Assembly: GCA_964016885.1 (NCBI GenBank)
Contig: OZ024759.1
Location: 23,746,001 to 23,810,000, forward strand
Direction: 5' to 3'
Length of the DNA stretch: 64,000 nucleotides
Source: Eledone cirrhosa
Taxonomy: Eukaryota
Part shown: in pieces, positions 45,485 to 58,523 of the stretch
Numbering within the stretch: the first letter of the stretch is position 1
Layout: every line of letters starts with the position of its first letter
The notes under the pieces: generated by a model
Told to the model about the DNA's origin: nothing
The model's database searches: none
Seen by the model: only the letters and a program-made list of their open reading frames with translations
Position numbers and translations under genes: made by a program

Positions 45485-45520
45485 TGTTCTGATGAAGGAC
45501 TAGCGTCCGAAACGTCAAGA
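45485..45520 (+). ncRNA. Minimal hammerhead (GAAACGTC type)
   Basis: tt-CTGATGA-a-ggac(tagc)gtcc-GAAAC-GTC-aa; weak stem I. Confidence 0.68.
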
Positions 45521-45754
45521 CTCTCTTCCTGCTACTGTAAGTGTTAACCTAATATATTCCTTCCATATCCTGTGCCGATTGTGTTGTTATTTCTGTTTAC
45601 CTTTTACATATATATCAGTCCTATACGAGCAAGACAACCAATCTTGCCTCAAGTGGGAAAATTCCCGTCCAAACCCATGCAAGCGTGGAAGATGGACGTT
45701 AAGCGATGATGATGATGATGATGATAATTGAATGTATTTGTATCTTCTGAACAG

Positions 45755-45939
45755 GTGGCCATGTGGTGATTGTGATGAGGAAGGAGTACCTGAGTTATGT
45801 AACAGATTACAAAGACAATCTATTGACAACATTTCGTTGTCTTGAAGAGGAGAAGAAATGGAAGATGATCTGTAACAGGGAAGTGGAGAACTACTCATTT
45901 GACAAAACAGGAATAGTTTTCATATTTTCGGTGCTTTAA
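45755..45939 (+). CDS. METTL27: METTL27-like coding exon 5 (terminal)
   Basis: acAG|(G)GHVVIVMRKEYL...W..ENYSFDKTGIVFIFSVL*. Phases are compatible across all exons and give 233 aa. Confidence 0.88.
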
Positions 45940-47080
45940 TACAGATTACATTATATTCATATATATATGACTACACCTCTCTCTCTATACACAATGGAGA
46001 GTTCATTCTCCAGTCTCCCTGTCAAGAAGGAAGATGAAAAAAAAATTACCTCTTAATTTAAATCTTTAATTTTTAGCTTTTAATTCTTATTAATTCTTTT
46101 TAATTAAAATACTTAACATTTGATAAGATGAATTTTAATAATACATCGAAACCGGTAATACTTTATATACTTTATAAAACCGTTTTTAAAAAGAATTGTC
46201 CCTCTCAATTTTTCAATCTTTGAATCAAAGAAAAAACAGACCTTAAAATATATTTTCCGTGTTATTTCCAACTTCTCATTCTCTCTTTATATATATAATG
46301 ATATAATATGATATAATAATATATATATAATATGATATAATATAATATATTATATATATGTATATAATATATTATATATATGTATATAATATATAATATA
46401 TTATATATATATAATATTATATATATATTATATAATATATACATAATATATATTAGCTATAGATTTATATATTATATATAGACAGAGTGAATTTGCAGTG
46501 CAGAGACTGGGGAGACCATTAATCAGGGGAGTATTCTATGTATGGGATAATATAATGATGATCATCATCATATATATATTTTATATGTATATATTATACA
46601 TATATATATATTATATATATATGTAAGGTGCATGGCTTAGTGGTAAGAGCATTGGGCTTGCAATCGAAAGGTTGTGAGTTCAATTCTCGGACCGGGTGAT
46701 GTGTTGTTTCCTTGAGCAAGACACTTTATTTCACATTGCTCCAGTTTACTCAACTGTAGAAATGAGATGATAGGACTGGGGTCCCTATCATTCCACTGCA
46801 AAGTGGTCATGGAGGTGCTACGGCAAAAAAGAACCCAGCCCACACTGTTATTATATATATTATATATATATATTTTAATATAAGCAAAGAGATATTTAAT
46901 TTGTTGGTAATTCAACAAATATATTTATAACAGATTCGAAGCACTCAATAGGTTTTCTGGAGTATAATATCAATGATATTAATAAATGGCAACTATATTT
47001 ATAAAACCATTTGGATCCAAACAGAACCTGAACTGTTAAGGTCTGATTCCTGGGTATGTCACTATCTATAAAACAAATGT

Positions 47081-47145
47081 TGTATTTTATCTGATGAGAG
47101 TGTACCAAAGTTTTGGTACCCTTGAAATATATATAATAGAATATG
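47081..47145 (+). ncRNA. Type I hammerhead with TATATA stem III, inside short inverted PLE-type insertion 46880-47183
   Basis: tgtattttat-CTGATGA-gag.gtaccaaa/tttggtac.ctt-GAAA-tatata-TA-atagaatatg. Confidence 0.78.
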
Positions 47146-47253
47146 GTTTTATAAATATAGTTTCCATTTATTAATATCATTGAAATATTTTAATATATAT
47201 ATATTATATATATGTTTTATATATATATTATATATGTATATATTATATATATA

Positions 47254-47296
<43 letters not shown>

Positions 47297-47816
47297 ATAT
47301 ATATATATTATATATATATATATTATATATATATATATTACATATATATATATTATATATATCTATTACATATATATATATTATATATATCTATATATAT
47401 TTTATATATATATATATTATATATATATATATATTTTATATATATATATTATCTATCTATATATATTTTATATATATATAATATATATATATATTTTATA
47501 TATATATAATATATATGTATTTTATATATATATTATATATCTATATATATTTTATATATATATACTATATATATGTATTTTATATATATATTATATATAT
47601 ATTTTATATATATATTTCATATATTATCATCATCATCATTTCACGTCCGCTTTTCCCTGCTTGCAAGGGTTGAACGGGTCCTATTCAGCACAGCATCTCT
47701 CCACTTGTCATAATATATATATTTCATATATATATATATATATATATTTTCATATATATATACATATATATTTTATATATATATATATATTTCATATATA
47801 TATATATATTTTCATA

Positions 47817-47862
<46 letters not shown>

Positions 47863-48091
47863 ACACACACGCATATATAATCTTATATTGGGATTTTAAT
47901 TCTAAAATTTCTTTCATATTTTATTCATATGCCCCTTTGCAATAATAGTAACCCAATGTCCAAACATGGCTGCAATTCAATGACAAGAAGAATAAAACAT
48001 AAAAATGAAAATAAATAACGAGCATGAAACAATTATTTGAAGACTACACTCATTAACAGTATAATTATCAACCCAATTTAACCCTTTAACA

Positions 48092-48169
<78 letters not shown>

Positions 48170-48317
48170 GGAACAAGTAAGACTCCGACGGCAGAGCTCA
48201 AGCCGTTTCGACGACTAATTCTGGAACAATATTTTGTTCCTATTACCCACTCTACTACCCTAAGTATTGAGTACTTTAGTGCATTATGGTCCATCTGGTT
48301 CCTTACCACATTTCCTT

Positions 48318-48437
<120 letters not shown>

Positions 48438-49435
48438 CCATTTTTGTGGTAATGGCTATATCTTACATAATTATCTAACAAAATGTCGAATCTACAAGAT
48501 TTTGAAGTTATTTATTTTGTGAACAATACTTAACATAAGTATGAGCAGCTAGTTACACCAAGTTTGAACAGGAATAGGTAAGAGAATTCTGACCAGGTAA
48601 GGGCTGGTTTAATTTGTAAAGGGCTAATAAAAAAAAAAACCTTGACCATTGCTGCATTCAGCTGAGTCCACATTTTAGCCACAGATGTAGTTGGCTGGAA
48701 GATAACTTGATCTGAGACCTTGTGTTAAAACTAAAGTAATTACATCACGCAAGAATCATTTTAGCCATCCAAATACACACAAAAACTGTTTCACTTGATT
48801 ATTATCATATATTTTCTGGTGTCAAATCTAAGGAGCTGTATCAGTGATCAAGCTGTAAGCAGCGTGACAACATAAACATCAGGAAATAAATGATGAAAGT
48901 ATAGAAGTTAATATTTTTTTTGTTGGGTGTTGGGGATTATGATTTCATATTATTTTACTTGTTAATGAAATTAACTCCAAATGATAATCGGGGCTCACAT
49001 CTATATATCTGTCACCTTTTAAAAGATATAAGATGTCGAAAGTAAAGATGAAAATAGGTGCTTATGAATATATATTTTCTATAATGGATAACCTATGTAT
49101 ATATGTGTTCTGAAATACTTTTCTTGGGTGAATAATAAAACATTTTATTAATCATATTCATGGTGTTTTCTTTTTCTATAATATGCATTAAATGTTTATG
49201 TCATTATACACAATTTAGGAAGTTCAGAAGCTAACAAGGGAAGAGACAATCACAACGTAAATTTAAGCCTGTTCCCTTGCATCTAGGACTGCCTCAGAAA
49301 TGTAATCTTTTACTCAATTTTGAGATGAGATCATGAGAATGGTTAGATAATCATGTGACCATGATTGTCATTGAAATATGTATCACAGTTATAATATAGA
49401 ACTCTTTAACATCTACAACTTCACATTTTACTCAT

Positions 49436-49487
<52 letters not shown>

Positions 49488-49506
49488 TCAGTGTATATAT
49501 AATATA

Positions 49507-49549
<43 letters not shown>

Positions 49550-49731
49550 AAAGTTTTATTTAAATTGTTGGGATACAACAAGCAAATATTTTTATAACTG
49601 ATATAAAGCACTCGACAAATATTTGGAGTAGATATACGATATTAATAAATGGAAACTGATGGCCTCCAAAAACAATGGTCAATTTTTAAAAGGGGTACGT
49701 CAATGTCTATTTATAAAACTGTTATATATTG

Positions 49732-49796
49732 TATTTTGTCTGATGAAGGCATACCATAATGTAACTTGGTATCCTTGAAATATATATAATGAAATA
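49732..49796 (+). ncRNA. Type I hammerhead with TATATA stem III, inside short inverted PLE-type insertion 49547-49840
   Basis: tattttgt-CTGATGA-agg.atacca/tggtat.cct-t-GAAA-tatata-TA-atgaaata. Confidence 0.78.
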
Positions 49797-49835
49797 AATA
49801 TGGTTTTATAAATATAGTTTCCATTTATTAATATC

Positions 49836-49884
<49 letters not shown>

Positions 49885-50322
49885 TATCAAGTAATATGAT
49901 TTCAAATACGAAAGCAAGGAATTATAGGTGAGGAAGTTATACAGTTAAAAAAATATGGGATTTTTACACACACAAGGCTACATACAATTTTATAGACAAA
50001 TATGAAACCCTTCTGTGAATGATTATGAATTCACCAGATGTAGCAACACTATTCAATACAAAGACGAATGGTAGATATATAAAGATATAAGAAACTTTCA
50101 GGTGTGAACAGTTTTTCGGCATGACAGAGTAAACTAACTTTTTGAGCAGCAAACTTGTCAATTGATGTGGTATAATCTTTCCAGCTCAAATCAGTGAAAA
50201 ATGTTGGAACAAAACGCAGAAAAGGTTGCTCTCTTTGAGGTTATGATAGCCATACAATGGCAAGCAAAATTGGTTGTCTATGTTGATTAAACGATAGCAG
50301 TTCAATCATAGATGCATTAAAG

Positions 50323-50621
50323 CAGCGGTCACCAACCAGTGGTCTGAGAGAAAATGGTGGTGGTCCACAGAAAAATTTGGACATTATTTGCAATTTTTAT
50401 GTTTTATTAATAATAAAACAAAAATAATATTCAGTTAAAATATATTTTATAACCTCCCTAAAAATGTTTTAATAGGCGCATTTCATATTAATAAAATAGA
50501 AGTTCTCTGATCATTATTTTACAAATGTATTTATCTTTTTAAAAGAATTGATATTAGTGGTCCACGGGATTTAAAATTATGAATTTAGTGGTCCATGAGG
50601 TTCAAAAGGTTGGCGACCACT
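50323..50621. mobile_element. hAT-type MITE
   Basis: TIRs cagcggtcaccaac / gttggcgaccact; 8-bp TSD cattaaag on both sides. Confidence 0.82.
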
Positions 50622-50629
50622 CATTAAAG

Positions 50630-50850
50630 GTAATAAACCATTTCTTGCCCCACTCAACAACACATCTAAGGTTATAGTCAAGATCTGCTGCTAATTCAAC
50701 TTTATCAAACATATCAAACTTACTATTAAGACAAAAATAAAGAGTTGTGTCATTAGCAAAGATACAATATTGAGAAAATATGTCATCAGGAAGATCATTG
50801 ATGAAAATTATAAACAATGTAGGGTCCAAGACAGCATTTAATACGGATGT
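50630..50850 (-). mobile_element. CR1/L2-like LINE RT fragment
   Basis: VLDPTLFIIFINDLP..IFANDTTLY..EWGKKWFITFN. Confidence 0.7.
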
Positions 50851-51599
50851 TAACAAAATAAAAATAACAACTTGATTTAAAATAACAGAACAGTAACATG
50901 AGATTAGTATTAAAATAATTGTTTCTACTTTAGGCACAAGGCGAGCAATTATCGCAGTGCATTACTGGTACTTTATTTTATCGACCCCGTAAGGATGAAA
51001 GGCAAAGTTAACCTCGGCAGGATTTGAACTCAGACCATAAAGGGGCGTAACTCTATGCTGCAAAGCATGGCGTCCGACCTTCTACCAATACTACCAGTCC
51101 CCCAAAATAATGCAATGCTATGTAAAAATAGAAACTTAATTTACAATCACAAACTCCTAGTACGAGGGTCAACTGAAAACTTCATAGGCTGACTATGAAG
51201 GAATGATGCTAGAGCCGTGAAATCTTGCATGTATTTTCAGCATTTTCAACTGAATTGTTTTACTTTTAGGGATTATGTTGAAATATAAACCTCATTTGGT
51301 GATTCCATGAGAGTATCTTTGTCAGCTTATGAATTTATCAGCCTATGAAGTATTCGGCTGAACCTCGTACATTGAAAATAGTGGATTAGTATAAAATCAG
51401 AATGCTGTGGAACATAATCTTAATACCAAAACACAGTATTGCAGCAAAAGTTATGTTAATAATTTTGAAATTTCCTACCTTATAGCATTGCCTTTCATCC
51501 AAATAAATAACTGGACCTAAAAGAAAAGAGAAGTTATATTGTTAAAAGAGAAGTCATCTTGTACAGCGATGAAGTGAATTGGGTTCTGTAAATAAACTG

Positions 51600-51945
51600 G
51601 TAGGACCTGAGAATCTCAGGTCATAATAGCTAATGTACTTACCCTAATTGTCGATAACAACAAGAGCTGGGCTAACCATATCAATAGCAAAGTTAACATA
51701 GCCTACAGAATGTGTTCCTGGATTCTCAGAACTTTCCAGTCGAAAGATATCCACTCTATTATCCTTCTCTTCTCTACCTTTGCCTAACCCCACCTTGAAT
51801 ACTGTTGTCCACTGTGGTCTCCCCACACGAAAAGTATTATGAAAATTGAAGTACCTCAAAGGTCAATCACAAAAAAAGCTAGACAGCATGACAGGCCTTG
51901 ACTATTGGGATCAACTAGAAAGGCTCAAACTCTATTCTCTCAAAT
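51600..51945 (+). mobile_element. CR1/L2-like LINE 3' ORF fragment
   Basis: ILRTF..PHLEYCCPLWSPH..DYWDQLERLKLYSL. Confidence 0.72.
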
Positions 51946-51949
51946 TCCA

Positions 51950-53444
51950 CAGAGCCCCCCGCTCCATTATCTGGTGGACTCTTAGAAAACTAGGTGTAGA
52001 TGAATGGCTTGTGAGAGCTATACAAGCCATGTATAAAGAAACAGTCAGTAAGGTTAGAATTAACAATGAATATAGTGAAGAATTTAGTGTAAAAGTTGGT
52101 GTTCATCAAGGCTCTGTCCTTAGCCCCCTCCTATTTATTAGTGCCCTTCAGGCTATAACAGAGGAGTTTAAGACCGGTTGCCCATGGGAACTCCTATATG
52201 CAAATGATCTAACTCTCATAGCTGAATCCATGGCTGAACTAGAGAAGAAATTCCAAACATGGAAGCATGGCCTAGAATCAAAAGGCCTTAAAGTTAACTT
52301 GTATAAGACTAAAGTTCTAGTATGTAGAAAGGAAATTAGGACACAGGTACCTGAGAAATGGCCATGCCCAGTGTGTAGGAAAGGAATAGGTAGAAATTCT
52401 ATTTTATGTCCCAAATGCAAACTATGGGTACATAAAAGATGTAGTGGGATCACAGGTAAACTATCTAATAACGTAGATTTTATATGTGGCTGATGCTCAG
52501 GTGCAATAAGTAGCAAGTGCCCACAGAATACTAGCCCCTTCTATTGCCCAGATGGTTCTATAGAAATAGTGGAAACTTTCCATTACCTGGGTGACAAAAT
52601 CAGCAGTGGTGGAGGGTGCTCTGAAAGTATGATGCTTGTATATGAACAGCATTGTTCCATGGCAGTGAGACACGGGCATTGTGTGAAGAGGACCTGCGCA
52701 GACTGGAAAGGAACGAAGCATGCATGCTCCGTTGGATGTGTAATAGTAATATACGTGAACGGCAAAACATAAATGAACTAAGTGAGAAATTAGGAATAAG
52801 AGAGATCAGATGCTGTTTACTTGAGAGAAGACTACGTTGGTATGGTTACATGATGCACATGAAAGACGACAGTTGTATAAAAAAGTGTAGGGCGATCAAA
52901 ATTGATGGAAGTTACGGAGTAGGCAAACCCAGAAAAACCTGGGACGACTTGATAAATTCCGACCTCACACACTTACACCTCTCCAAGACAATGTCACTGG
53001 ACCGAGATCTTTGGCGCTACACAGTAATAGAGAAGACCCGCCTTACCTAAGTACAAAGTGAAACCAACTACAGTCAGTAGCCACCTCTAACAAAATACAC
53101 CCCCGTCCCACTACCCCCACCCCATCCACACCACCCCTTTCAATGTAAAGTTATGTTGGTACCACAACATCCAGGCCGAAACAAATGAGGTCGTGTAGGT
53201 GTCACGACAAAAAAACACACAGTCCACGCTGTAATGTGGCTGTGTAGGCAACACGGTAAAAACCTCCCAGCCCCACACTGTAAATGTGGTTGGTGTTAGG
53301 AAGGGCATCCAGCCGTAGAAAACCTGCCAGACAGTCCTATGCGAGCAAGACAACCACTCTTGCCTCAAGTGGGAAAACTCCCGTCCAAACCCATGCAAGC
53401 GTGGAATATGGACGTTAAACGATGATGATGATGATGATGATGAT
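51950..53444 (+). mobile_element. RTE-clade LINE, 5'-truncated (same family as 19643-22039)
   Basis: GVHQGSVLSPLLF, YANDL, Cys-rich insert, RRLRWYG, 3'UTR and (GAT)n tail. Confidence 0.9.
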
Positions 53445-53451
53445 ATATATA

Positions 53452-53727
53452 TAACAAAGGAATTGTGGTAAGGAACCAGATGGACTATAAAAAAAAAAAG
53501 AAAAAATTCAGTGTTGTCAAAAAATTTACTTTCACTTTCCGGAACGCCCGTCTTAACGTATGCCCTATAACGCACCAGAGTACTCAATACTTAGGGTAGT
53601 AGAGTGGGAAATAGGAAAAAGTATGACCCCGACGGCAGAGCTCAAGCTGTTTCGACGGCTATTTCTGGACTAGTCCAGAAATAGCCGTCGAAACGGATTG
53701 AGCTCTGCCGTCGGGGTCATACTTTTT

Positions 53728-53732
<5 letters not shown>
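53452..53732. mobile_element. Short tail + palindrome insertion in TA repeat (related copy 48167-48320)
   Basis: 122-bp loop-less palindrome 53611-53732 centred on ggactagtcc; tail shares gtactcaatac with the ribozyme palindromes. Confidence 0.7.
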
Positions 53733-53770
<38 letters not shown>

Positions 53771-53903
53771 CTTTTTCTACTATTGCACCAAGGTTAGCTA
53801 TGCGGAAGACCGGTTCTATCCAGTGGTAAACAACCAACTTCAATGAATATAAACATATATATATATCATCATCATTTTACATCCGCTTTTCCCTGCTTGT
53901 AAG

Positions 53904-53959
<56 letters not shown>

Positions 53960-54414
53960 ATGAGAGAGATAGAGACTATATATATATAGACAATACGTAT
54001 ATAGAGAGAGAGGATAGACTATATAGTCTATCTGTCTCTATACATATAACCAGAAACTTGTATAAGCAAGCTGTATTTTTATTTATTTTCATTTCTTATA
54101 CAAATACCAGGTTTTGGTTCCAATGTTCAATCAACTTGCCCCACAACCTCCAGGTAGACTCAAAGACCCCAGTGGCGGTGGTGGGAGGAGCTTGGAGGGA
54201 GTAGGAGGGGATCTATATGTCGATATAGACCACTGTGAGGCGATCTCATGTAAAAAGGTTGCCACGATAACTCGCTGTGGACTTTTATATCTTGGGTGAA
54301 TATTTTCCTCGATCACCGAATATTATTTGTTAAAAACAAAAATACCTGCAAAACATTGAGCGACACTTCGGTGAGTTGTTCTTAATCTTTTCTTCGTAAG
54401 ATTTGTTATTATTG

Positions 54415-55555
54415 CTGTTGTTTAGCCCCAGGTCATCCTTGATCGAGCAGACTTATGATCGAAGCATTCCAATCGTGACCATCCCGTTATTATCAACATT
54501 ATAAAATGTTTTTATCTACATTATATAATATACCCTCCCCCTTTTCAAGACGTTAGTGGGGGTTTAAGAGAATTTGATTATTCTTTGTAGCACATCGAAG
54601 GATGTTTTGTGTAGCCATAGGTCATCCTTGATCGAGCAGACTTATGATCAATGTCATCCCAGCCATGACCTTCCCGTTATTTCATTTACGACTACATTAT
54701 ATAATATACCCTCCCTTTTTCTAGACGTTAGGGTGTGGATTAAGTGAAATTGACTACTGTTACAAACAGATCGAGCGAGTTATTGTTTAGCTCTACGTGA
54801 TCCTTGATCGAGCAGAATTATGATCGAAGGCATTCCAGCCGTGACCATCCTGTTATTAATTATATTTACAAAATTATCTTATATACTATCATTTTTTCTA
54901 GACGTTAGGATGTGAATTAAAGGAATTTGGCTACTGTTCCTAGCAGATCGAATGAGTTTTTGTTTGTTTAGCCTCAGGTTATCATTGATCAAGTAAATTT
55001 ATCATTAATGGCATTCCCGCCGTGACCATCCAGTTATTATTAACGTTATAAAATATATCGTCCCCTTGTTTTCTAGACGTTAGGGTGTGGCTTAAGTGAA
55101 ATTGACTACTGTTACAAGTAGATCGAGCGAGTTATTGTTTAGCTCTAGGTGGTCCTTGATCGAGCAGAATTATGATCGAAGGCATTCCAGCCGTGACCAT
55201 CCTGTCATTAATTATATTTACTACATTATATGATATACCCCCACTTTTTCATGATATGAGGGCGTGTGTTAAGGGAAATTGACTACTGTTCCTAGCAGAT
55301 CGAATGAGTTTTTGTTTGTTTAGCCCCAGGTTATCCTTGATCAAGTAAATTTATTATTAATGGCATTCCAGCCGTGACCATCCTGTCATTAATTATTTTT
55401 ACTACATTATATAATATACCCTCACCTTTTCATGATGCTGGGGCGTGTGTTAAGGGAAATTGACTACTGTTCCTAGCAGATTGAATGAGTTTTTGTTTAG
55501 CCCCAGGTTATCCTTGATTGGGCAGACTTATAACTCATTCCAACTGTGACCAATT
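54415..55555. repeat. Diverged tandem array, ~180-bp unit, about 6.5 copies
   Basis: Recurring tccttgatcgagcaga..attccagccgtgaccatcc motif. Confidence 0.85.
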
Positions 55556-55563
55556 CATTATTA

Positions 55564-56375
55564 TTGGCAGTATCGGTAGAGGGTCGGACGCCATGCTTTG
55601 ACACATAGAGTTACGGCCCTTGCCATTCTGAGTTCAAATCCCGCCGAGGTTAACTTTGCCTTTTATCCTTACGGGGTCGATAAAATAAAGTACCAGTAAT
55701 GCACTGAGTAATTGCTGGCCTTGTGCCAAAAGTAGAAACAATTATTATATATAGAGAGTTATGGCTCTTTACGTTCTGAGTTCAAATCCCGCCGAGTTTA
55801 ACTTTGCCTTTTATCCTTACGGGGTCGATAAAATAAAGCACCAGTCACGCACTGGGGTCGATTTAATCGACTTTCCCCTCCCCCAAAATTGCTGACCTTG
55901 TACCTATATAAGAAACTATTATTATATATATATATAGAGGGCGGTGGATTGGCAGTATCGGTAGAGGGTCGGACGCCATGCTTTGACGCATAGAGTTACG
56001 GCCCTTATCATTCTGAGTTCAAATCCTACCGAGGTTAACTTTGCCTTTCATCCTTATGGGGTCGATAAAATAAAGTACCAGTAATGTACTGGATAATTGC
56101 TGGCCTTGTGCCAAAAGTAGAAACAATTATTATATATATAGAGAGAGAGAGAACGAAAGAGGGAGAGAGATGATGATGAGAGTGGAATAGTCCACTGGCA
56201 GTATCGGTGGAGGGTCGGACGCCATGCTTTCCAGCATAGTTACGTCCCTTTACGATCTGAGTTCAAATCCCGCCGAGGTTGACTTTGCCTTTCATCCTTA
56301 CGGGGTCGATAAAATAAAGTTCCAGTAATGCACTGGGTAATTGCTGGCCTTGTGCCTAAAGTAGAAACAATTATT
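55564..56375 (+). mobile_element. Cluster of four head-to-tail tRNA-derived SINEs
   Basis: Repeated TGGCAGTATCGG / GAGTTCAAATCC boxes and a shared core. Confidence 0.85.
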
Positions 56376-57996
56376 TTGGTAAGGAGCTTTAAGCTTGATG
56401 CGTTATTAAAGTCGACAGAATGCAGGAATCCAAGTCAAAGGTGTACTGGGTTACGATTTAGCAGACCTGCATCAAAGATATTCCAACCGCGACCATACTT
56501 TTAGGATGAATTAGGTCTACATTATCTAACTATTGTAACTATCCCAAACTTGCTGAAAATTAATAAAATAATAGGTACCGTATTTCCCGGCGCCAAAGAC
56601 GCTTCGTCCTTCTGGACGCACCCTAATTTTGACAACCAAAAAGTTGAAAAAAAAAATATATATAAAGAAACTTTGGCCTCCAGGATGCATGGTAGCTTTT
56701 TGAGACCAATTTTAGGGAAAAAGTTGTGTCTTCGACGCCTGGAAATACGATATATATAGTTTTTTATTACTACACCCGTCTCTCAAGCGGCTGTTAGTTA
56801 GGGGCGGGGTATGACCACCACCACAGAAAATGAGTAATTTACGACAGCTTTCAAGGTCGTATTAATTTAAATCCAGATTCTAACCAAATCTATCAATTAA
56901 CTACCCTTAAAATCAAAAATATTGTTTTAACCCTTTAGTATTTACATTACTCTATATTTATTATTATATTTTCACAGTAAAGGCTTTATCTCACATAATA
57001 TTGAATCTATGAGATTTTGATGTTATTTATGTTGAGAACAATACCTTAACATCAGTAGGAACGGCCAGTTACGGCCCATTTGAGCAGATAGAGGTGAGAG
57101 AATTCTGGCTGGATATGGCCGGAATAAATGCTAAAGTCTTAAGTTTCCACATTTTAACAATTTCTATTTCAAGATCTTTGTATTTGCTCAAATTTTTGGT
57201 GGGTAGATTTATATCGCCTGGGGAGTCATGTAATTGAGAAGGCATGATTTTTGTCTGAAATCCTTTGGATTGGCAGTATCGGTAGAGCGTCGGGCAACAT
57301 GTTTTGCGCCATAGTGTTATGGCTCTTTACTTTCTGAGTTTAAATCCCGCCAAGGTTAGCTTTGCCTTTCATCTTTACAGGGTCAATTAAATAAAGACTC
57401 ATGCACTCTTCATTTTCCTGATGTTTGTACATTACCCTATATACTATACATACACTTTTGATGAATTGAAGTGCACCTGAGCACTGTACACAAATCCCAC
57501 CCAGGTTGACTTTGCCTTTCATCCTTACGGGGTCGATAAAATAAAGTACCAGTAATGCACTGGGTAATTGCTGGCCTTGTACCAAAAGTAGAAACAATTA
57601 TTAGGTATTAAAACCTTTTGTATTACATCTAGGACTCTGATGTAAGTTCAGTAGAAAATATGTCTTATTTAATTCAGTAAATGAAAACATGTTTTAGTTT
57701 TCATTTCTCCTCTTCCACCTCATCATCATCATTATCTCTTCCTCTCACTTACTTCTGGGAGAGACGTGGGGACAGAGTCCTCACGTACACCTTCCAGCAG
57801 GTCCTGTCAGAAGCAACCGTCTCCAATTGATTAGGCTGGATCCCCAAGCGAGACCAACTGAGTTCATGGATGTTATCTAACCATCTTGCTCATGGTTTAC
57901 CCCTGGGTCTCCTGCCAGTTTGTTTTGCCAGTAAAATCTGTCCGGCGATCTTTTTCTGAGATGTTCTAACCACATGTCTATTTTCTCATATTCAAG

Positions 57997-58083
57997 CATT
58001 CATGAAGACAAAAACCTCACTGGACATATGAACTTAATGAGAGGAGTCGATAGACCAATATTTAGGGATCCATGCTGGAACAG
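57997..58083 (+). CDS. Possible isolated internal exon of an unidentified gene
   Basis: aAG acceptor, 87-nt open frame (IHEDKNLTGHMNLMRGVDRPIFRDPCWN), CAG|GTAAGT donor. No homology recognised. Confidence 0.25.
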
Positions 58084-58298
58084 GTAAGTACATAATATAT
58101 TGCATTTTTATTTATCTATTTTTTTTATTGGTTTCAGTCATCAGACTAGGTCATGCTGCGGCAACACGATTCCAAGGTTCTCAGTCTATTATATCAATGC
58201 CTGTACCTGCAGGCTGTTAATTAGCTCTTATTTTATTGACCTTTTATTCTCATAGGTTCCTGCACTGTACTGAATGCTTAGATGGGCCTACATCTCAC

Positions 58299-58523
58299 TT
58301 AACCCTTTAGCATTTAAACCGGCTGTATCCGGCCAGATTTCTCTCACCTCTTTTCAAACTGGTTGTAACTGGCTGCTCATATTTGTGTTAAGGTGTTGTT
58401 CTCAAAATAAATAATATCAAAATCACATAGATTCGATATTTTGAGAGATAATTATGTGAGATAAAGTGTTTACCATGAAAATACAATAGTAAATATAGAG
58501 TAATGTAAATGCTAAAGGGTTAA
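58299..58523. mobile_element. piggyBac-type MITE (other copies 56927-57142, 58912-59140, 59811-60026)
   Basis: TTAA|ccctttagcattt...aaatgctaaaggg|TTAA. Confidence 0.82.

Noticed and set aside
55564-56375. tRNA genes
   Set aside because: A/B boxes belong to SINE heads; no cloverleaf with an acceptor stem could be formed.
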